DNA from: Candidatus Wolfebacteria bacterium
Lineage (GTDB): Bacteria; Patescibacteriota; Minisyncoccia; UBA6257; UBA9933
Direction: 5' to 3'
DNA: 64,000 nucleotides
Assembly: GCA_024654025.1 (NCBI GenBank)
Contig: JANLIR010000003.1
Location: forward strand, 1,658-65,657
The notes under the pieces are model-generated. The model made no database searches. It was not told where the DNA came from and saw only the letters and a list, made by a program, of their open reading frames with translations. Shown here piece by piece: positions 19,525 through 30,048 of the stretch. The translations under genes were made by a program, and so were the position numbers. Position 1 is the first letter of the stretch, and each line of letters opens with the position of its first letter.

Positions 19525-19547
19525 TTTATATACTAATATATTATCAA

Positions 19548-20420
19548 ATGGCGCCGTTAAAAACAATTTATTCTCATGATGAAAATTTTCCCGCGCTTTT
19601 AAACCAAATTTCAAATGTACCGGAAAAAATTTTTGTTTTGGGAGATGAGGCAGTTTTGAATGAAAAGTTAAAGATCGCGATAGTGGGGACGAGGAAGGCG
19701 TCTTTGGCGGGCAGGAATTTAGCAAGAAAATTCGCTAAAGAATTGACTCAGTTTGGAATAACCGTAGTTAGTGGTCTGGCTATGGGAATAGACTCTGCCG
19801 CTCACGAAGGAACAGTTCAAAATGCCGGTAAAACAATAGCGGTTTTAGCCAATGGTTTGGATAAAATTTATCCGGCTCAGAACGAAAATTTGGCCAATGA
19901 AATTTTAAAAAATGGCGGCGCTCTAATTTCAGAATATGCTCCGGGTTTGCCTTCTTTACCGCACCAGTTTTTGGAAAGAAACAGAATTATCAGCGGTTTG
20001 TGCGTGGCTACAATAATTATTGAGGCGCCCGATAGGTCGGGATCTTTGGCAACGGCCCGTTTTGCGGCAGAGCAGGGAAGGGAAGTTTTTGTCGTGCCGG
20101 GACCGATAAACGACGTTAATTATATCGGTTCTCATAAATTAATTAGAGACGGCGCCAGATTAGCGTCTTCGATAAAAGATATTTTTGAAGATTTGGATAT
20201 TGAGATAGTCGGAAATGAAAATAAAAAAGAAAGAATTTTTAATATTGATGATCCTGAAAAAAAGCAGATTGTGGATATTTTAATTGAAGCCGGCGAGCCT
20301 CTTTCGATTGACAAAATTGCGAATCTCACTAAACTTGAGCCTCAAGTGATTAACCCAAAAATTGCATTTTTGGTGATTGAGGGAATAATTAAAGAAACAG
20401 AGAAGGGATACACTCTGTAA
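19548..20420 (+). CDS. dprA: DNA-processing protein DprA
   Basis: IAIVGTR, VSGLA.GID..AH, FLERNRIISGL, SGSL.TA..A.EQGREVF.VPG. Confidence 0.96.
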   Translation: MAPLKTIYSHDENFPALLNQISNVPEKIFVLGDEAVLNEKLKIAIVGTRKASLAGRNLARKFAKELTQFGITVVSGLAMGIDSAAHEGTVQNAGKTIAVLANGLDKIYPAQNENLANEILKNGGALISEYAPGLPSLPHQFLERNRIISGLCVATIIIEAPDRSGSLATARFAAEQGREVFVVPGPINDVNYIGSHKLIRDGARLASSIKDIFEDLDIEIVGNENKKERIFNIDDPEKKQIVDILIEAGEPLSIDKIANLTKLEPQVINPKIAFLVIEGIIKETEKGYTL

Positions 20421-20421
20421 G

Positions 20422-20498
20422 AAAATTCTAAGCACTAAACTCTAAATTCTAAATAAATTCAAAACGTTTAGGATTTCGATATTAGAATTTAGGATTTT
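20422..20498. repeat. Inverted array of degenerate heptamers (CTAAATT-like / TTTAGRA-like)
   Basis: 7-nt periodic arms on either side of a short spacer. Confidence 0.55.
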
Positions 20499-20505
20499 AA
20501 AATGT

Positions 20506-22716
20506 ATGGATTTAATAATAGTTGAGTCGCCGGCAAAGGCGAAAACAATTTCAAAATATCTTGAAGGTAAATACGAAGTTAAGGCAAGCGTGGGGCATAT
20601 CCGCGATCTTCCCAAAAGCAACAAAAGCGCCATAGACATAGAAGGAGGTTTTATTCCTTATTATGTGGTGCCGAAAGAAAAAGAAAAAGTTGTCGGAGAG
20701 TTGCGGGCATTGGTAAAAAAAGCCGATAAAGTTTATTTAGCGACTGACCCTGATCGCGAGGGTGAGGCGATTGCGTGGCATATTAAAGAAGCGATTGGAT
20801 TAAAAAAGCCTAAAAGGGTTGTTTTTTATGAAATCACTAAGGATGCCGTTAAAGAAGCGATGGAGCACCCCCGGGCCATAGATGATGATTTAAGGCGAGC
20901 GCAAGAAGCGCGGCGAGTTTTAGACCGTTTGGTCGGATATGATTTATCCGGGTTGATTTGGAAAAAGGTGCGTTACGGGCTTTCAGCTGGCAGAGTCCAG
21001 TCGCCGGCGCTTAGAATAATAATGGAGCGCGAACGGGAGATAAGAGCGTTTATTTCGGAAAAATTCTGGGTTATCCAGGCGGAGGTCAAAAATAAAAATA
21101 ATGAAGTATTTATTTTGACTTGCGTTGAAGAGCCGCGAGAGCAAAAATTAGTTGAGAAGATAATAGAAATTGGCAAAAAAGGAATTTGGAAAGTTAAAGA
21201 CACTTCGGAAACAGAAGTGAAGCGATCTCCAAAGGCGCCGTTTATCACTTCAACCTTACAACAAGCGGCGAGTTCGCGTTTGGGGTTTTCTCCGTCTCGA
21301 ACAATGGGCATTGCCCAAAAACTTTACGAAGCGGGAATGATTACTTATATGAGAACCGACAGCACGAATTTAAGCAAGGTCGCGCTTGGCCAGGCTTATG
21401 CTGTTATAGAAAAAAAATATGGAAAAGATTATTTATCCCCGAGGACTTACGCGGGAAAAGTGATGCACGCGCAAGAAGCTCACGAAGCCATAAGACCCAC
21501 GAATTTTTCCAATGAACGAGCCGGGACAAGCGATGACCAGAAAAAACTTTATAAATTAATTTGGCAGAGAACAATCGCTTCGCAAATGTCCGATGCGAAG
21601 CTGATGAGAACAAAGATAGTAGCGGAAGTTGAAAACGAAAAAGAAAAAACAGGGGAAAAAACAGGAGAAAAAATAAGAATTCCGGATTTTGCGATCAGCG
21701 GATCAAGAACTATTTTCCCCGGTTGGCTCAGAGCTGATACGGAGGCGAACGGAGAAGATGTTGAATTGCCGAAAGTTTCCGTTGGAGAAATTTTAAAACT
21801 TATTGATTTAACATCCCAAGAAAAAGAGACTCAGCCGCCCGCGCGTTACACCGAAGCCGGCCTTGTAAAAGAATTAGAAAAACGCGGCATAGGCAGGCCG
21901 TCTACTTACGCGTCTATAATACGAACAATTGAAGAGCGCGGTTATGTTGAAAAAACAAATAAAACTTTATATCCAACCGACACGGGCGACGTGGTCAGCT
22001 CTTTTTTGGAAAAGTATTTTTCCCAATATATTAGCGATTCGTTTACTTCTGATATGGAAAGCAAGCTTGATTTGATAGCTGAAGGAAAAGAAGAATACAA
22101 AAAAACACTAGCCGATTTTTACAAGCCGTTTTCTAAAGACGTTAAGTCAAAAGAGAAGATTGAAAAAATAACTAATTTAGGAGAAGCGAGCCCGGAATTA
22201 AAATGCCCTGTTTGCAAAGGGCCGATGATAATAAAACTTGGAAGAGCGGGTAAATTTTTAAGTTGCGCAAAATTTCCCAAATGCGAAGGGTCGAGAACTA
22301 TTGATGGGAAAGTTATGGAAGCGCCGAAAGAAACAGGGGAGATATGCCCGGTTTGCGGAGAGTCCAAAGGCGGAAAGCTGGTTGAAAGAGAGGGCAAACA
22401 CGGAAAATTTATTTCCTGCAACCGGTTTCCCAAATGCAAATATATTAAAAAAGATTTAGAGTTGGAAAAGCAGAATTCCACGGGCATAGAATGTCCGGTG
22501 TGCAAGAAGGGTTTTATGACTGAAAGAAGAGGGAGGTTTGGAATTTTTTACAGCTGTTCCAATTACCCGGAATGCAAATACGCTATTAAGGCAAGGCCAA
22601 CAGGCGATATTTGCAAAATCTGCGGAGCCTTGATGATGCAGGGGACTAAAACAATTCCTGTTCGTTGTAGCGACAAAAACTGCCCCAATCACAACCCGCA
22701 TAAAATCAATAAGTAA
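20506..22716 (+). CDS. topA: DNA topoisomerase I with C-terminal Zn ribbons
   Basis: IVESPAKAKTI, ATDPDREGEAI, SAGRVQS, ITYMRTDS, multiple C4 Zn ribbons. Confidence 0.97.
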   Translation: MDLIIVESPAKAKTISKYLEGKYEVKASVGHIRDLPKSNKSAIDIEGGFIPYYVVPKEKEKVVGELRALVKKADKVYLATDPDREGEAIAWHIKEAIGLKKPKRVVFYEITKDAVKEAMEHPRAIDDDLRRAQEARRVLDRLVGYDLSGLIWKKVRYGLSAGRVQSPALRIIMEREREIRAFISEKFWVIQAEVKNKNNEVFILTCVEEPREQKLVEKIIEIGKKGIWKVKDTSETEVKRSPKAPFITSTLQQAASSRLGFSPSRTMGIAQKLYEAGMITYMRTDSTNLSKVALGQAYAVIEKKYGKDYLSPRTYAGKVMHAQEAHEAIRPTNFSNERAGTSDDQKKLYKLIWQRTIASQMSDAKLMRTKIVAEVENEKEKTGEKTGEKIRIPDFAISGSRTIFPGWLRADTEANGEDVELPKVSVGEILKLIDLTSQEKETQPPARYTEAGLVKELEKRGIGRPSTYASIIRTIEERGYVEKTNKTLYPTDTGDVVSSFLEKYFSQYISDSFTSDMESKLDLIAEGKEEYKKTLADFYKPFSKDVKSKEKIEKITNLGEASPELKCPVCKGPMIIKLGRAGKFLSCAKFPKCEGSRTIDGKVMEAPKETGEICPVCGESKGGKLVEREGKHGKFISCNRFPKCKYIKKDLELEKQNSTGIECPVCKKGFMTERRGRFGIFYSCSNYPECKYAIKARPTGDICKICGALMMQGTKTIPVRCSDKNCPNHNPHKINK

Positions 22717-22791
22717 AAAATATGACGTTATTTCTTGACAACTTTAATGGTTTTCTGATATGTTTTTAAGGTTCTCTAAATTTAAAAAAGT

Positions 22792-23202
22792 ATGCCGACT
22801 ATTGGGCAGTTAATTAAAAAAGGGAGAAAGCCGATTGCGAAAAAATCAAAATCCCCGGCAATGGGGCTTTATTTTAATACAATTAAAAACAGGCCGGTGA
22901 ATTCTTCTTCGCCGTTTAAAAGAGGGGTTTGTTTGAAGGTTTTTACAACCACTCCAAAAAAACCGAATTCGGCGCTTCGAAAAGTGGCGAGAGTCAGATT
23001 GACTAACGGACAGGAAGTCACGGCGTATATTCCCGGTGAAGGCCATAATCTTCAGGAGCACTCGGTTGTTTTGATAAGAGGCGGAAGAGTGAAGGATTTG
23101 CCCGGAGTTAGGTATCATATTATAAGAGGTATTTTGGATACGACTGGAGTTGAAAATAGAAAACAACAGAGGTCAAAATACGGCGCGAAAAGACCCAAAT
23201 AA
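22792..23202 (+). CDS. rpsL: 30S ribosomal protein S12
   Basis: [28 protein letters not shown]. Confidence 0.98.
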   Translation: MPTIGQLIKKGRKPIAKKSKSPAMGLYFNTIKNRPVNSSSPFKRGVCLKVFTTTPKKPNSALRKVARVRLTNGQEVTAYIPGEGHNLQEHSVVLIRGGRVKDLPGVRYHIIRGILDTTGVENRKQQRSKYGAKRPK

Positions 23203-23209
23203 ATAAAAC

Positions 23210-23674
23210 ATGCGTAAACCGAGAAAATATAAAAGAGTTCATAAATCAGATATTAAATTCGACTCAGTCGCGGTCGGCAGATTTGTTAATTATTTAATGA
23301 AGGGCGGAGAAAAATCAGTTGCGGAAAAAGTGTTGTATAAAACATTTAAAAATATTAAAGAAGAAACAAAGGAAGATCCGATTAATGTTTTTGAAAAAGC
23401 CCTTGATAATGTTTCGCCGATGCTTGAGGTGGTTTCTAAGCGAGTTGGCGGTGCCAATTATCAGGTGCCGCGCGAGGTAAGGCCGGAAAGAAAGTTTTTT
23501 TTGGCGTGCCATTGGATTATTGACGCGGCTCGCGCGAAAAAAGGAAAACCAATGGATAAAAAATTAGCCGAAGAACTTATTTTGGCGGCGAAAAACGAAG
23601 GTTCGGCTATTAAGAAAAAGCAAAATGTCCACAGAATGGCGGAAGCTAACAGAGCCTTCGCGCACTTCGCTTAA
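23210..23674 (+). CDS. rpsG: 30S ribosomal protein S7
   Basis: RVGGANYQVP, HRMAEANRAFAHF. Confidence 0.98.
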   Translation: MRKPRKYKRVHKSDIKFDSVAVGRFVNYLMKGGEKSVAEKVLYKTFKNIKEETKEDPINVFEKALDNVSPMLEVVSKRVGGANYQVPREVRPERKFFLACHWIIDAARAKKGKPMDKKLAEELILAAKNEGSAIKKKQNVHRMAEANRAFAHFA

Positions 23675-23679
23675 TTTAA

Positions 23680-25824
23680 ATGAGACAATACCCTCCTGAA
23701 AAATATCGAAATATCGGTATTATCGCGCACATCGATGCCGGTAAAACAACCATAAGCGAGCGGGTTCTTTTTTATACCGGAATTTCCCATAAGATCGGGG
23801 AAGTTCATGAAGGAGAAGCGGTGATGGACTGGATGGAGCAGGAAAGAGAAAGGGGAATTACTATAACCGCGGCGGCGACAAATTGTTTTTGGACGCCGGT
23901 TCGATTGCTTTCAAGAGCTAGCGATGAAAACGAACAACAGAAAATAAGAAGCGAAAAAGAACACCGGATAAACGTTATTGACACTCCCGGACACGTTGAT
24001 TTTACCGTTGAAGTGGAAAGATCTTTAAGGGTTTTAGACGGCGGAGTTGTGGTTTTTGACGGCGTTGCCGGCGTTGAACCGCAGTCGGAAACGGTCTGGC
24101 ACCAAGCGGATAAATATAAAGTGCCGAGAATGTGTTTTATAAATAAGCTGGACAGGATGGGAGCGAGTTTTGAAAATTCTTTCAAGTCAATTTATGAAAA
24201 ATTGACGCCCAGCGCGGTGGTAATACAATTGCCAATAGGTTTGGAGGCTAATTTTGAAGGAGTTATTGATTTGATAGAAAGGAAGGCTTATTACTTCGAA
24301 GGCGAGCGCGGAGAAAAAGTTTTAGAAAAAGAAATTCCTGAAAATTTAAAAGCGGACACGGAAAAATATCGGGCTAAATTGGTTGAAAAAATCTCCGAAT
24401 ACAATGAAGAGTTGCTTTCAAAATATTTAAATGGAGAAGAAATTTCCATCGATGAATTAAGACTCGGCTTAAGAAGCGCGACTTTAAAAAATCAACTGGT
24501 TCCGGTTCTATGCGGTTCGGCTTTGAAAAATAAAGGCGTGCAGCTTCTTTTGGACGCAGTTTTGGATTATTTGCCGTCGCCTAAGGATCTTATTGAACTC
24601 AAACCGATAAAGGGAATAGATCCGAAAACCGGCGCGGAAATAATTAGAAATCCGAGCGATGACGAACCTCTTACCGCTCTGGCTTTTAAAATCGCCACCG
24701 ACCCTTTTGTGGGAAGCCTAACTTATTTTCGAGTTTACAGCGGAGTGCTTAAAAAAGGAACTTATGTTTTGAACTCTTCAAAAAATGATCAGGAACGGAT
24801 AGGAAGAATAGTGCGAATGCACGCTAACAAGCGCGAGGAAGTTGATGAAATGTACGCCGGCGATTTGGGAGCGATAGTCGGTTTGAAAAACACGTCTACC
24901 GGAGATACTCTTTGTGATCCGGATTCGCCGATTGTTTTGGATAAAATCACTTTTCCGGAACCGGTTATCTCGGTTCGTATTGAGCCGAAAACAAAAGCTG
25001 ACCAGGAAAAAATGGGTATTGCTCTCAGAAAATTATCCGATGAAGACCCGACATTTCGAGTCAGCGGCGATATGGAAACAGGGGAAACTATTATTTCCGG
25101 AATGGGCGAGCTTCATTTGGATGTTTTAGTTGACAGAATGAAAAGAGAATTTGGAGTTGAGGCCAACGTGGGAAGGCCGCAAGTCGCCTATAAAGAAACT
25201 ATCAAAGGAGAGGCCCAAGCGGAAGGAAAGTATATCCGCCAATCCGGCGGACGCGGCCAGTACGGCCATGTTTGGCTCAAAGCGAAAAGTTTGGAAAGAG
25301 GCAAGGGATTTGTTTTTGTTAATCAAATCAAAGGAGGCGTTATTCCGCAGGAATTTATTCCGGCGGTTGAAAAAGGAGTCAAAGAAGCGCTGGATAAAGG
25401 AGTGGTCGCGGGCTATACATTGACGGATATAGAAGTTACGCTTTATGATGGTTCATATCACGATGTTGATTCTTCGGAAATCGCGTTTAAAATAGCCGCT
25501 TCTATGGCGCTTTCGGAAGCGGCCAGAAGGGCAAAGGCGGTTTTACTTGAGCCGATAATGAAGGTTCAGGTTGTAGTTCCTCCGGAATTTTTCGGAGACG
25601 CCAGCGGAGATTTAAATTCAAGGCGGGGCAAAATCGAAAATATGAGCGACCGGGCCAATATGAAAATCATTGACTCGAAAGTTCCTTTGGCGGAAATGTT
25701 CGGTTATGCCACAAAATTAAGGTCAATAACCCAAGGCAGAGGAAGTTTTCCTCCTATGGAATTAAGCCATTACGAGGAAGTGCCAAACAATATAACGCAA
25801 CAGATAATAGAAGGGAAGAAATAA
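23680..25824 (+). CDS. fusA: Elongation factor G
   Basis: [36 protein letters not shown]. Confidence 0.98.
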   Translation: MRQYPPEKYRNIGIIAHIDAGKTTISERVLFYTGISHKIGEVHEGEAVMDWMEQERERGITITAAATNCFWTPVRLLSRASDENEQQKIRSEKEHRINVIDTPGHVDFTVEVERSLRVLDGGVVVFDGVAGVEPQSETVWHQADKYKVPRMCFINKLDRMGASFENSFKSIYEKLTPSAVVIQLPIGLEANFEGVIDLIERKAYYFEGERGEKVLEKEIPENLKADTEKYRAKLVEKISEYNEELLSKYLNGEEISIDELRLGLRSATLKNQLVPVLCGSALKNKGVQLLLDAVLDYLPSPKDLIELKPIKGIDPKTGAEIIRNPSDDEPLTALAFKIATDPFVGSLTYFRVYSGVLKKGTYVLNSSKNDQERIGRIVRMHANKREEVDEMYAGDLGAIVGLKNTSTGDTLCDPDSPIVLDKITFPEPVISVRIEPKTKADQEKMGIALRKLSDEDPTFRVSGDMETGETIISGMGELHLDVLVDRMKREFGVEANVGRPQVAYKETIKGEAQAEGKYIRQSGGRGQYGHVWLKAKSLERGKGFVFVNQIKGGVIPQEFIPAVEKGVKEALDKGVVAGYTLTDIEVTLYDGSYHDVDSSEIAFKIAASMALSEAARRAKAVLLEPIMKVQVVVPPEFFGDASGDLNSRRGKIENMSDRANMKIIDSKVPLAEMFGYATKLRSITQGRGSFPPMELSHYEEVPNNITQQIIEGKK

Positions 25825-25825
25825 T

Positions 25826-26170
25826 ATGGATTACACAATTGACGCCGCAAAAAAAAGATTAGGAAGATTGGCAAGTGAAATTGCCGTAATTTTGCAAGGA
25901 AAGAAAAGCGCGAATTATAATCCGAGGCTTCCGGGCGAAGACAACGTTATAATCAAAAATATCGATAAGCTTGAAGTTAGCGGAAAAAAAGAAAAGCAGA
26001 AAATTTACTTCCGCCATACCGGATATATGGGACATTTGAAAGAAGAAAAATTTTTAGACGTGGTCAATAAAAAAGGCAAAGGCGAGGTTTTGAGAAGGGC
26101 GGTTATGAGAATGCTTCCTAAAAACCGTCTGCAGATAAAAAGGATAAAAAGACTGGTAATAGAGAAATAA
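25826..26170 (+). CDS. rplM: 50S ribosomal protein L13
   Basis: IDA....LGRLAS.IA..L.GK, RHTGY.G.L, AV.RMLPKN. Confidence 0.95.
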   Translation: MDYTIDAAKKRLGRLASEIAVILQGKKSANYNPRLPGEDNVIIKNIDKLEVSGKKEKQKIYFRHTGYMGHLKEEKFLDVVNKKGKGEVLRRAVMRMLPKNRLQIKRIKRLVIEK

Positions 26171-26186
26171 TTTTAAATTTTTGAGC

Positions 26187-26645
26187 ATGACTTTAAAAGA
26201 GACAACTAAAAAAGAAATTAAACACGAAAAAAATGAGAAAGCGCCGGTCGTCAAAAAGGAGCGTTATTTTGAAGCGGTTGGTCGAAGAAAAACGGCCATT
26301 GCCAGGGTTCGGCTTTTAACCAAAAAGAAAGAATTTATAGTCAACGAGAAAAATATCGACAAATATTTTTCTTTAGAGGGGCTTGTGAAAACGGCTCTCA
26401 GGCCTTTGGAAGCGATGAAAATAACCGATAAACTTGGGGCTTCAATAAAAGTTTCCGGCGGAGGAATCAACTCACAAGCGGAAGCGATAAGATTGGGCAT
26501 AAGCAGGGCGCTGGTCAAATTCAATCCTTTATTTATGAAACGGCTTAGAAAATTAGGATTTCTTACCCGCGATTCAAGAGCGGTAGAAAGAAAGAAATAC
26601 GGATTGAAAAAGGCAAGAAGAGCTCCACAGTGGACGAAACGGTAA
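26187..26645 (+). CDS. rpsI: 30S ribosomal protein S9
   Basis: GRRKTAIARV, GGG..SQA.AIR, ERKKYGLKKARRAPQW.KR. Confidence 0.97.
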   Translation: MTLKETTKKEIKHEKNEKAPVVKKERYFEAVGRRKTAIARVRLLTKKKEFIVNEKNIDKYFSLEGLVKTALRPLEAMKITDKLGASIKVSGGGINSQAEAIRLGISRALVKFNPLFMKRLRKLGFLTRDSRAVERKKYGLKKARRAPQWTKR

Positions 26646-26686
26646 GGTAGCAAGTTGTTAATTAGTTATCGCGAAGATTATTCCTA

Positions 26687-26720
26687 AAAAACACCTCGAA
26701 AATTCGGGGTGTTTTTGTTT
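26687..26720 (+). terminator. Intrinsic terminator after rpsI
   Basis: AAAAACACCTCGAA / TTCGGGGTGTTTTT followed by T-tract. Confidence 0.7.
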
Positions 26721-26755
26721 ATGGTTGCGTGGTTGGCGTGATATAATTAAAAAAA

Positions 26756-27274
26756 ATGGTTTATCATTCAAAATCTTTAAAAGACACTCAAAAATTTGCC
26801 GCATTACTGGCAAAAGCCCTTCGACCCATTCGACAGGACTTCGATGGTGAGCCCTTCGGTGGTGAGTCGCTCAGGACGGTCGAACCGCTCAGTCGAACCG
26901 CTCATGGTAGGCAAGCTTTAGTAATTGCTCTGAAAGGAAATTTAGGGTCGGGGAAAACTACTTTTACGCAGGGGTTTTTAAGAGGGTTGGGAGTAAAGAA
27001 AAAAATAACCTCGCCCACTTTCGTTATTTTTAAGCGTTACGAGTTAATAGTTAATCGTTACAAGTTTGTTTACCACATCGATTGTTATAGGATTAAAAAA
27101 AGCCAGGAACTTTTGATTTTAGGGATAAAAGAAATTTTTGATAATCCTAAGAACATTGTATTGATAGAATGGCCGGAAAAGATAAAAAATATTTTACCGA
27201 AGGAGAGATTTAATTTGAGATTTGAATACGGAAAAAAAGAAAATGAGCGTAGTATTATGATGTCTGATTATTAA
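26756..27274 (+). CDS. tsaE: tRNA threonylcarbamoyladenosine biosynthesis ATPase TsaE, with a repeat-derived insert
   Basis: G.LGSGKTTF, ITSPTF, YHID.YR, IEW.E. Confidence 0.92.
   Translation: MVYHSKSLKDTQKFAALLAKALRPIRQDFDGEPFGGESLRTVEPLSRTAHGRQALVIALKGNLGSGKTTFTQGFLRGLGVKKKITSPTFVIFKRYELIVNRYKFVYHIDCYRIKKSQELLILGIKEIFDNPKNIVLIEWPEKIKNILPKERFNLRFEYGKKENERSIMMSDY
26816..26916. repeat. Nested CCTTCGAC...GCTCAG-type palindromes in-frame in tsaE
   Basis: Repeated TTCGA/TCGAACC/GCTCA/GGTGAG motifs; relatives at 17884-17936 and 52563-52584. Confidence 0.7.
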
Positions 27275-27380
27275 ATTTCAAAAAAATGTTATAATTAATT
27301 AATAAAGTGGGCATTAACCATTTAGATTTTTGTAGGTTTTTGCTAGAAATTAGATATTAATAATTAGAAATTCAATTTAT

Positions 27381-28451
27381 ATGTTCAATATTTTCGGTCC
27401 TAAATCGTATTTAGGCGTTGACATAGGAACAACTTCGATAAAAATCGTGGAAATCGCCAAGAGTGATCCGAAACCGCGATTGATTAATTACGGAATTTTG
27501 GAAAGCTCCGGTCATTTGGAAAGAATTAATAACGCCATTCAAACTAGCTCGTTAAAAATTGTCGACAAAGACGTTGCCGAACTTTTAAAAACAATTGTTA
27601 AAAAATCTAATTTCCGAAGCAACGAGGCGGTAGCGTCTATTCCTTCTTTTTCGGTTTTTATAACGCTTTTGGAATTTCCGAAAATGCCGAAGGAAGAAAT
27701 GATAAATGCGATGCCTTATCAGATAAAACAGTACATACCGCTTCCGGTTACCGAAGTGACTTTTGATTGGTTTATTGTTGGAGAAAGGCAAGATAATGAA
27801 GGATTTTTTAAAGAACAGGTTTTGCTTGTTTCGGTTCCTAATGAGGTGATAAATAAATATAAAAATATTTTTAGGCTCGCGGGTTTGAATTTGAAAGCGT
27901 TGGAGGTTGAAAGTATGAGTTTGATAAGGTCTTTGATATCAGGTGATCCGACGGCAACCGTGCTTGTTGATATCGGAGCGCGTTCGACAAACATCGCCAT
28001 TGCTCAAGAGAACTCCTTAAGATTTAATCAGCAAACCGATTTTGCCGGTACTTCATTGACTCAAGCCCTTTCGAGCGGACTGGGCATAAATATTAGAAGG
28101 GCAGAAGAACTTAAAAAAGAAAGGGGACTTTTGGGAACCGGCGATGAATTTGATTTATCCACATTGATGGTGCCTTATCTTGATGCTATAATAAATGAAA
28201 CAAAGCGAACGAAAGATAATTACGAGAAAAAAACCGGCGCTAAAATCGAACGCGTTATTTTAGCGGGACAAGGAGCGAAACTTCTGGGGATAGAAAAATA
28301 TTTTGAGAGCCAAATGGCTTTGCCGACGGCAATAGGAGATCCGCTCATTGGCGTGGATTATTCCCAAGAGTCTACTCCTTTAATCAAAGAATTAGCTCCC
28401 GGGTTCGCGGTTGCGGTTGGTTTAGGAATAAGAGAGTTTAATAAAAAATAA
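27381..28451 (+). CDS. pilM: Type IV pilus assembly protein PilM
   Basis: LGVDIGTTSIK.VE, LVDIGA..T, actin-like fold, AVAVGLG.R. Confidence 0.92.
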   Translation: MFNIFGPKSYLGVDIGTTSIKIVEIAKSDPKPRLINYGILESSGHLERINNAIQTSSLKIVDKDVAELLKTIVKKSNFRSNEAVASIPSFSVFITLLEFPKMPKEEMINAMPYQIKQYIPLPVTEVTFDWFIVGERQDNEGFFKEQVLLVSVPNEVINKYKNIFRLAGLNLKALEVESMSLIRSLISGDPTATVLVDIGARSTNIAIAQENSLRFNQQTDFAGTSLTQALSSGLGINIRRAEELKKERGLLGTGDEFDLSTLMVPYLDAIINETKRTKDNYEKKTGAKIERVILAGQGAKLLGIEKYFESQMALPTAIGDPLIGVDYSQESTPLIKELAPGFAVAVGLGIREFNKK

Positions 28452-28457
28452 ATTAGC

Positions 28458-29024
28458 ATGCCTTTTAACAAAACACTTCTTGAGCAGGAATTAAAAAAAG
28501 GGGAAGAGCTTCAAGTTGGCTGGCCGTGGCGAATTATGGTTTTTAGCGCGATAGTTTTTATAACCACGACCGGTATTTTTTTAGGCGCTGAATTTGGGTT
28601 TAAAACTTATGTCAAATCCCAAATAACGCAGGTTGATTCTAAAATAGACGAGTTAACGCGGTCTATTCCTGAGGACCAGCAGAAAAGTTTTTTAATTTTT
28701 TCCGCTCAAGCCAATAACATTCAGAAAGTGTTAAATGATAGATACAATACCCCGAGCATTTTCGATTTTTTGGAAAAAAACACCATTAAAAATGTCTTTT
28801 ATAAAGGTGTTACTTTTGACGCTAAAGAATTAACGGTTAATATCGACGGCGTGGCTCCGGATTTTAACATTTTAGCCCAGCAGTTGGAAATTTTTAGAAA
28901 CGCAACCGGTACAATTTCTAAGGCTTCGCTAGGAAGATCGAGCGCTATAACAGAAAAGGATAAAGCGGGAAGAGATTTATCGTCGAATGTAAGCTTTGCG
29001 GTAGTTTTAAAACTTAAAAAATAA
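28458..29024 (+). CDS. pilN: PilN-like protein
   Basis: TM plus coiled coil, I.G.A..F..LAQQ; position after pilM. Confidence 0.7.
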   Translation: MPFNKTLLEQELKKGEELQVGWPWRIMVFSAIVFITTTGIFLGAEFGFKTYVKSQITQVDSKIDELTRSIPEDQQKSFLIFSAQANNIQKVLNDRYNTPSIFDFLEKNTIKNVFYKGVTFDAKELTVNIDGVAPDFNILAQQLEIFRNATGTISKASLGRSSAITEKDKAGRDLSSNVSFAVVLKLKK

Positions 29025-29026
29025 TT

Positions 29027-29587
29027 ATGAGACCATCATCCAAAAGAGCTTTGAGTCTTTTAGCGTCAATGATTTTTTTCATCGGCTCTTTGATCGTTTA
29101 CGTAAATTTTATTAAGCCGGCTTACGATAAGATAGATCTGTTACGCGGAGAATTAGAAACAAAAAGGCAACAATACGACGATTATAAAAGCATTATTGAC
29201 AGATTAAGGCCCGTGTTCGAGTCTTTTCAGTCGGCTTCTCAGTTACAGCAGAGTTTTTCTTCAATGCTCCCAACGAATCCTATGGTTCCCCAGGCTGTTG
29301 CTCAGCTGAATGGTTTGGCTAGTCAGAGTTTGATGAGTATTAATTCTATAAATATCAATGAATTAGCTGTTGTTTCGCAGAAGAGCGCCTTATTAAAAGG
29401 AGCGGGAATTATTGATTTGAATTTAGCAATATCTTCAAATTCATACGAATCCATCAAATCATTTTTACAAAATGTGGAATCGAACATCAGAGTTTTTGAT
29501 ATAAAAAGAATTAATGTCAGCAAGCGGGATAACGTGAATTCTTTCGTCGTTAATCTGGATGTTTACGGGTATTATCAAGTTCAATAA
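29027..29587 (+). CDS. pilO: PilO-like protein
   Basis: TM, coiled coil, LP..P, Y..IK.FL..VE.NIR..DI. Confidence 0.75.
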   Translation: MRPSSKRALSLLASMIFFIGSLIVYVNFIKPAYDKIDLLRGELETKRQQYDDYKSIIDRLRPVFESFQSASQLQQSFSSMLPTNPMVPQAVAQLNGLASQSLMSINSININELAVVSQKSALLKGAGIIDLNLAISSNSYESIKSFLQNVESNIRVFDIKRINVSKRDNVNSFVVNLDVYGYYQVQ

Positions 29588-29595
29588 TAAAAAAA

Positions 29596-29889
29596 ATGGC
29601 AATAACTTTTGAAGAGGATAAAAAAAGAATGAATTGGCCGATGATAATTAGCGTGATATTTATATTGGCGCTAATAGCCACGTCCATAATTTACCTGTTT
29701 TTTATAAGTCCGGAAAAAACAGAGGTTTTAGTTTCGCCTAAACTTCAAAATATTTCAGAGGTTAGTAAAATTGCTTTAAATTTTGATCAGCTGACAAACA
29801 GCGAAGCGTTTAAGAATTTAAAAGAAATTGTTATTTTTAATATTCCTTCCCCTGAAAATATCGGCAAAGCGAATCCGTTTTTGCCGTAA
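29596..29889 (+). CDS. Small TM protein of pilus locus (PilP-position, GK.NPF motif)
   Basis: One TM; C-terminal GKANPFLP. Confidence 0.65.
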   Translation: MAITFEEDKKRMNWPMIISVIFILALIATSIIYLFFISPEKTEVLVSPKLQNISEVSKIALNFDQLTNSEAFKNLKEIVIFNIPSPENIGKANPFLP

Positions 29890-29900
29890 CTCGGAGAAGG

Positions 29901-30048
29901 CGTCTAGCCGCAAATTCCTATGAGTACCGGCGGTTCTTCGGCTCCAGCGGCCAAAGCCCGCCTGCGCTCTCGGCATCGCAAGTCGCCTAAGGCGACACCA
30001 AGCTTGCGATGCCTGCGAGAGCTACTCTACGGAACTTACGGCTGGGCG
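29901..30048. mobile_element. 148-bp MITE-like multibranched hairpin with AAGG direct repeats
   Basis: Imperfect TIR CGTCTAGCCGCAAATTCC / GGAACTTACGGCTGGGCG; AAGG at 29897-29900 and 30049-30052. Confidence 0.55.

Noticed and set aside
19525-19725. N-terminal extension of ORF 18997-19725
   Set aside because: It overlaps dprA on the opposite strand; the true start is more likely at 19524.
21643-21675. 12-bp tandem duplication in topA (EKTG EKTG)
   Set aside because: Simple slippage in a variable loop.
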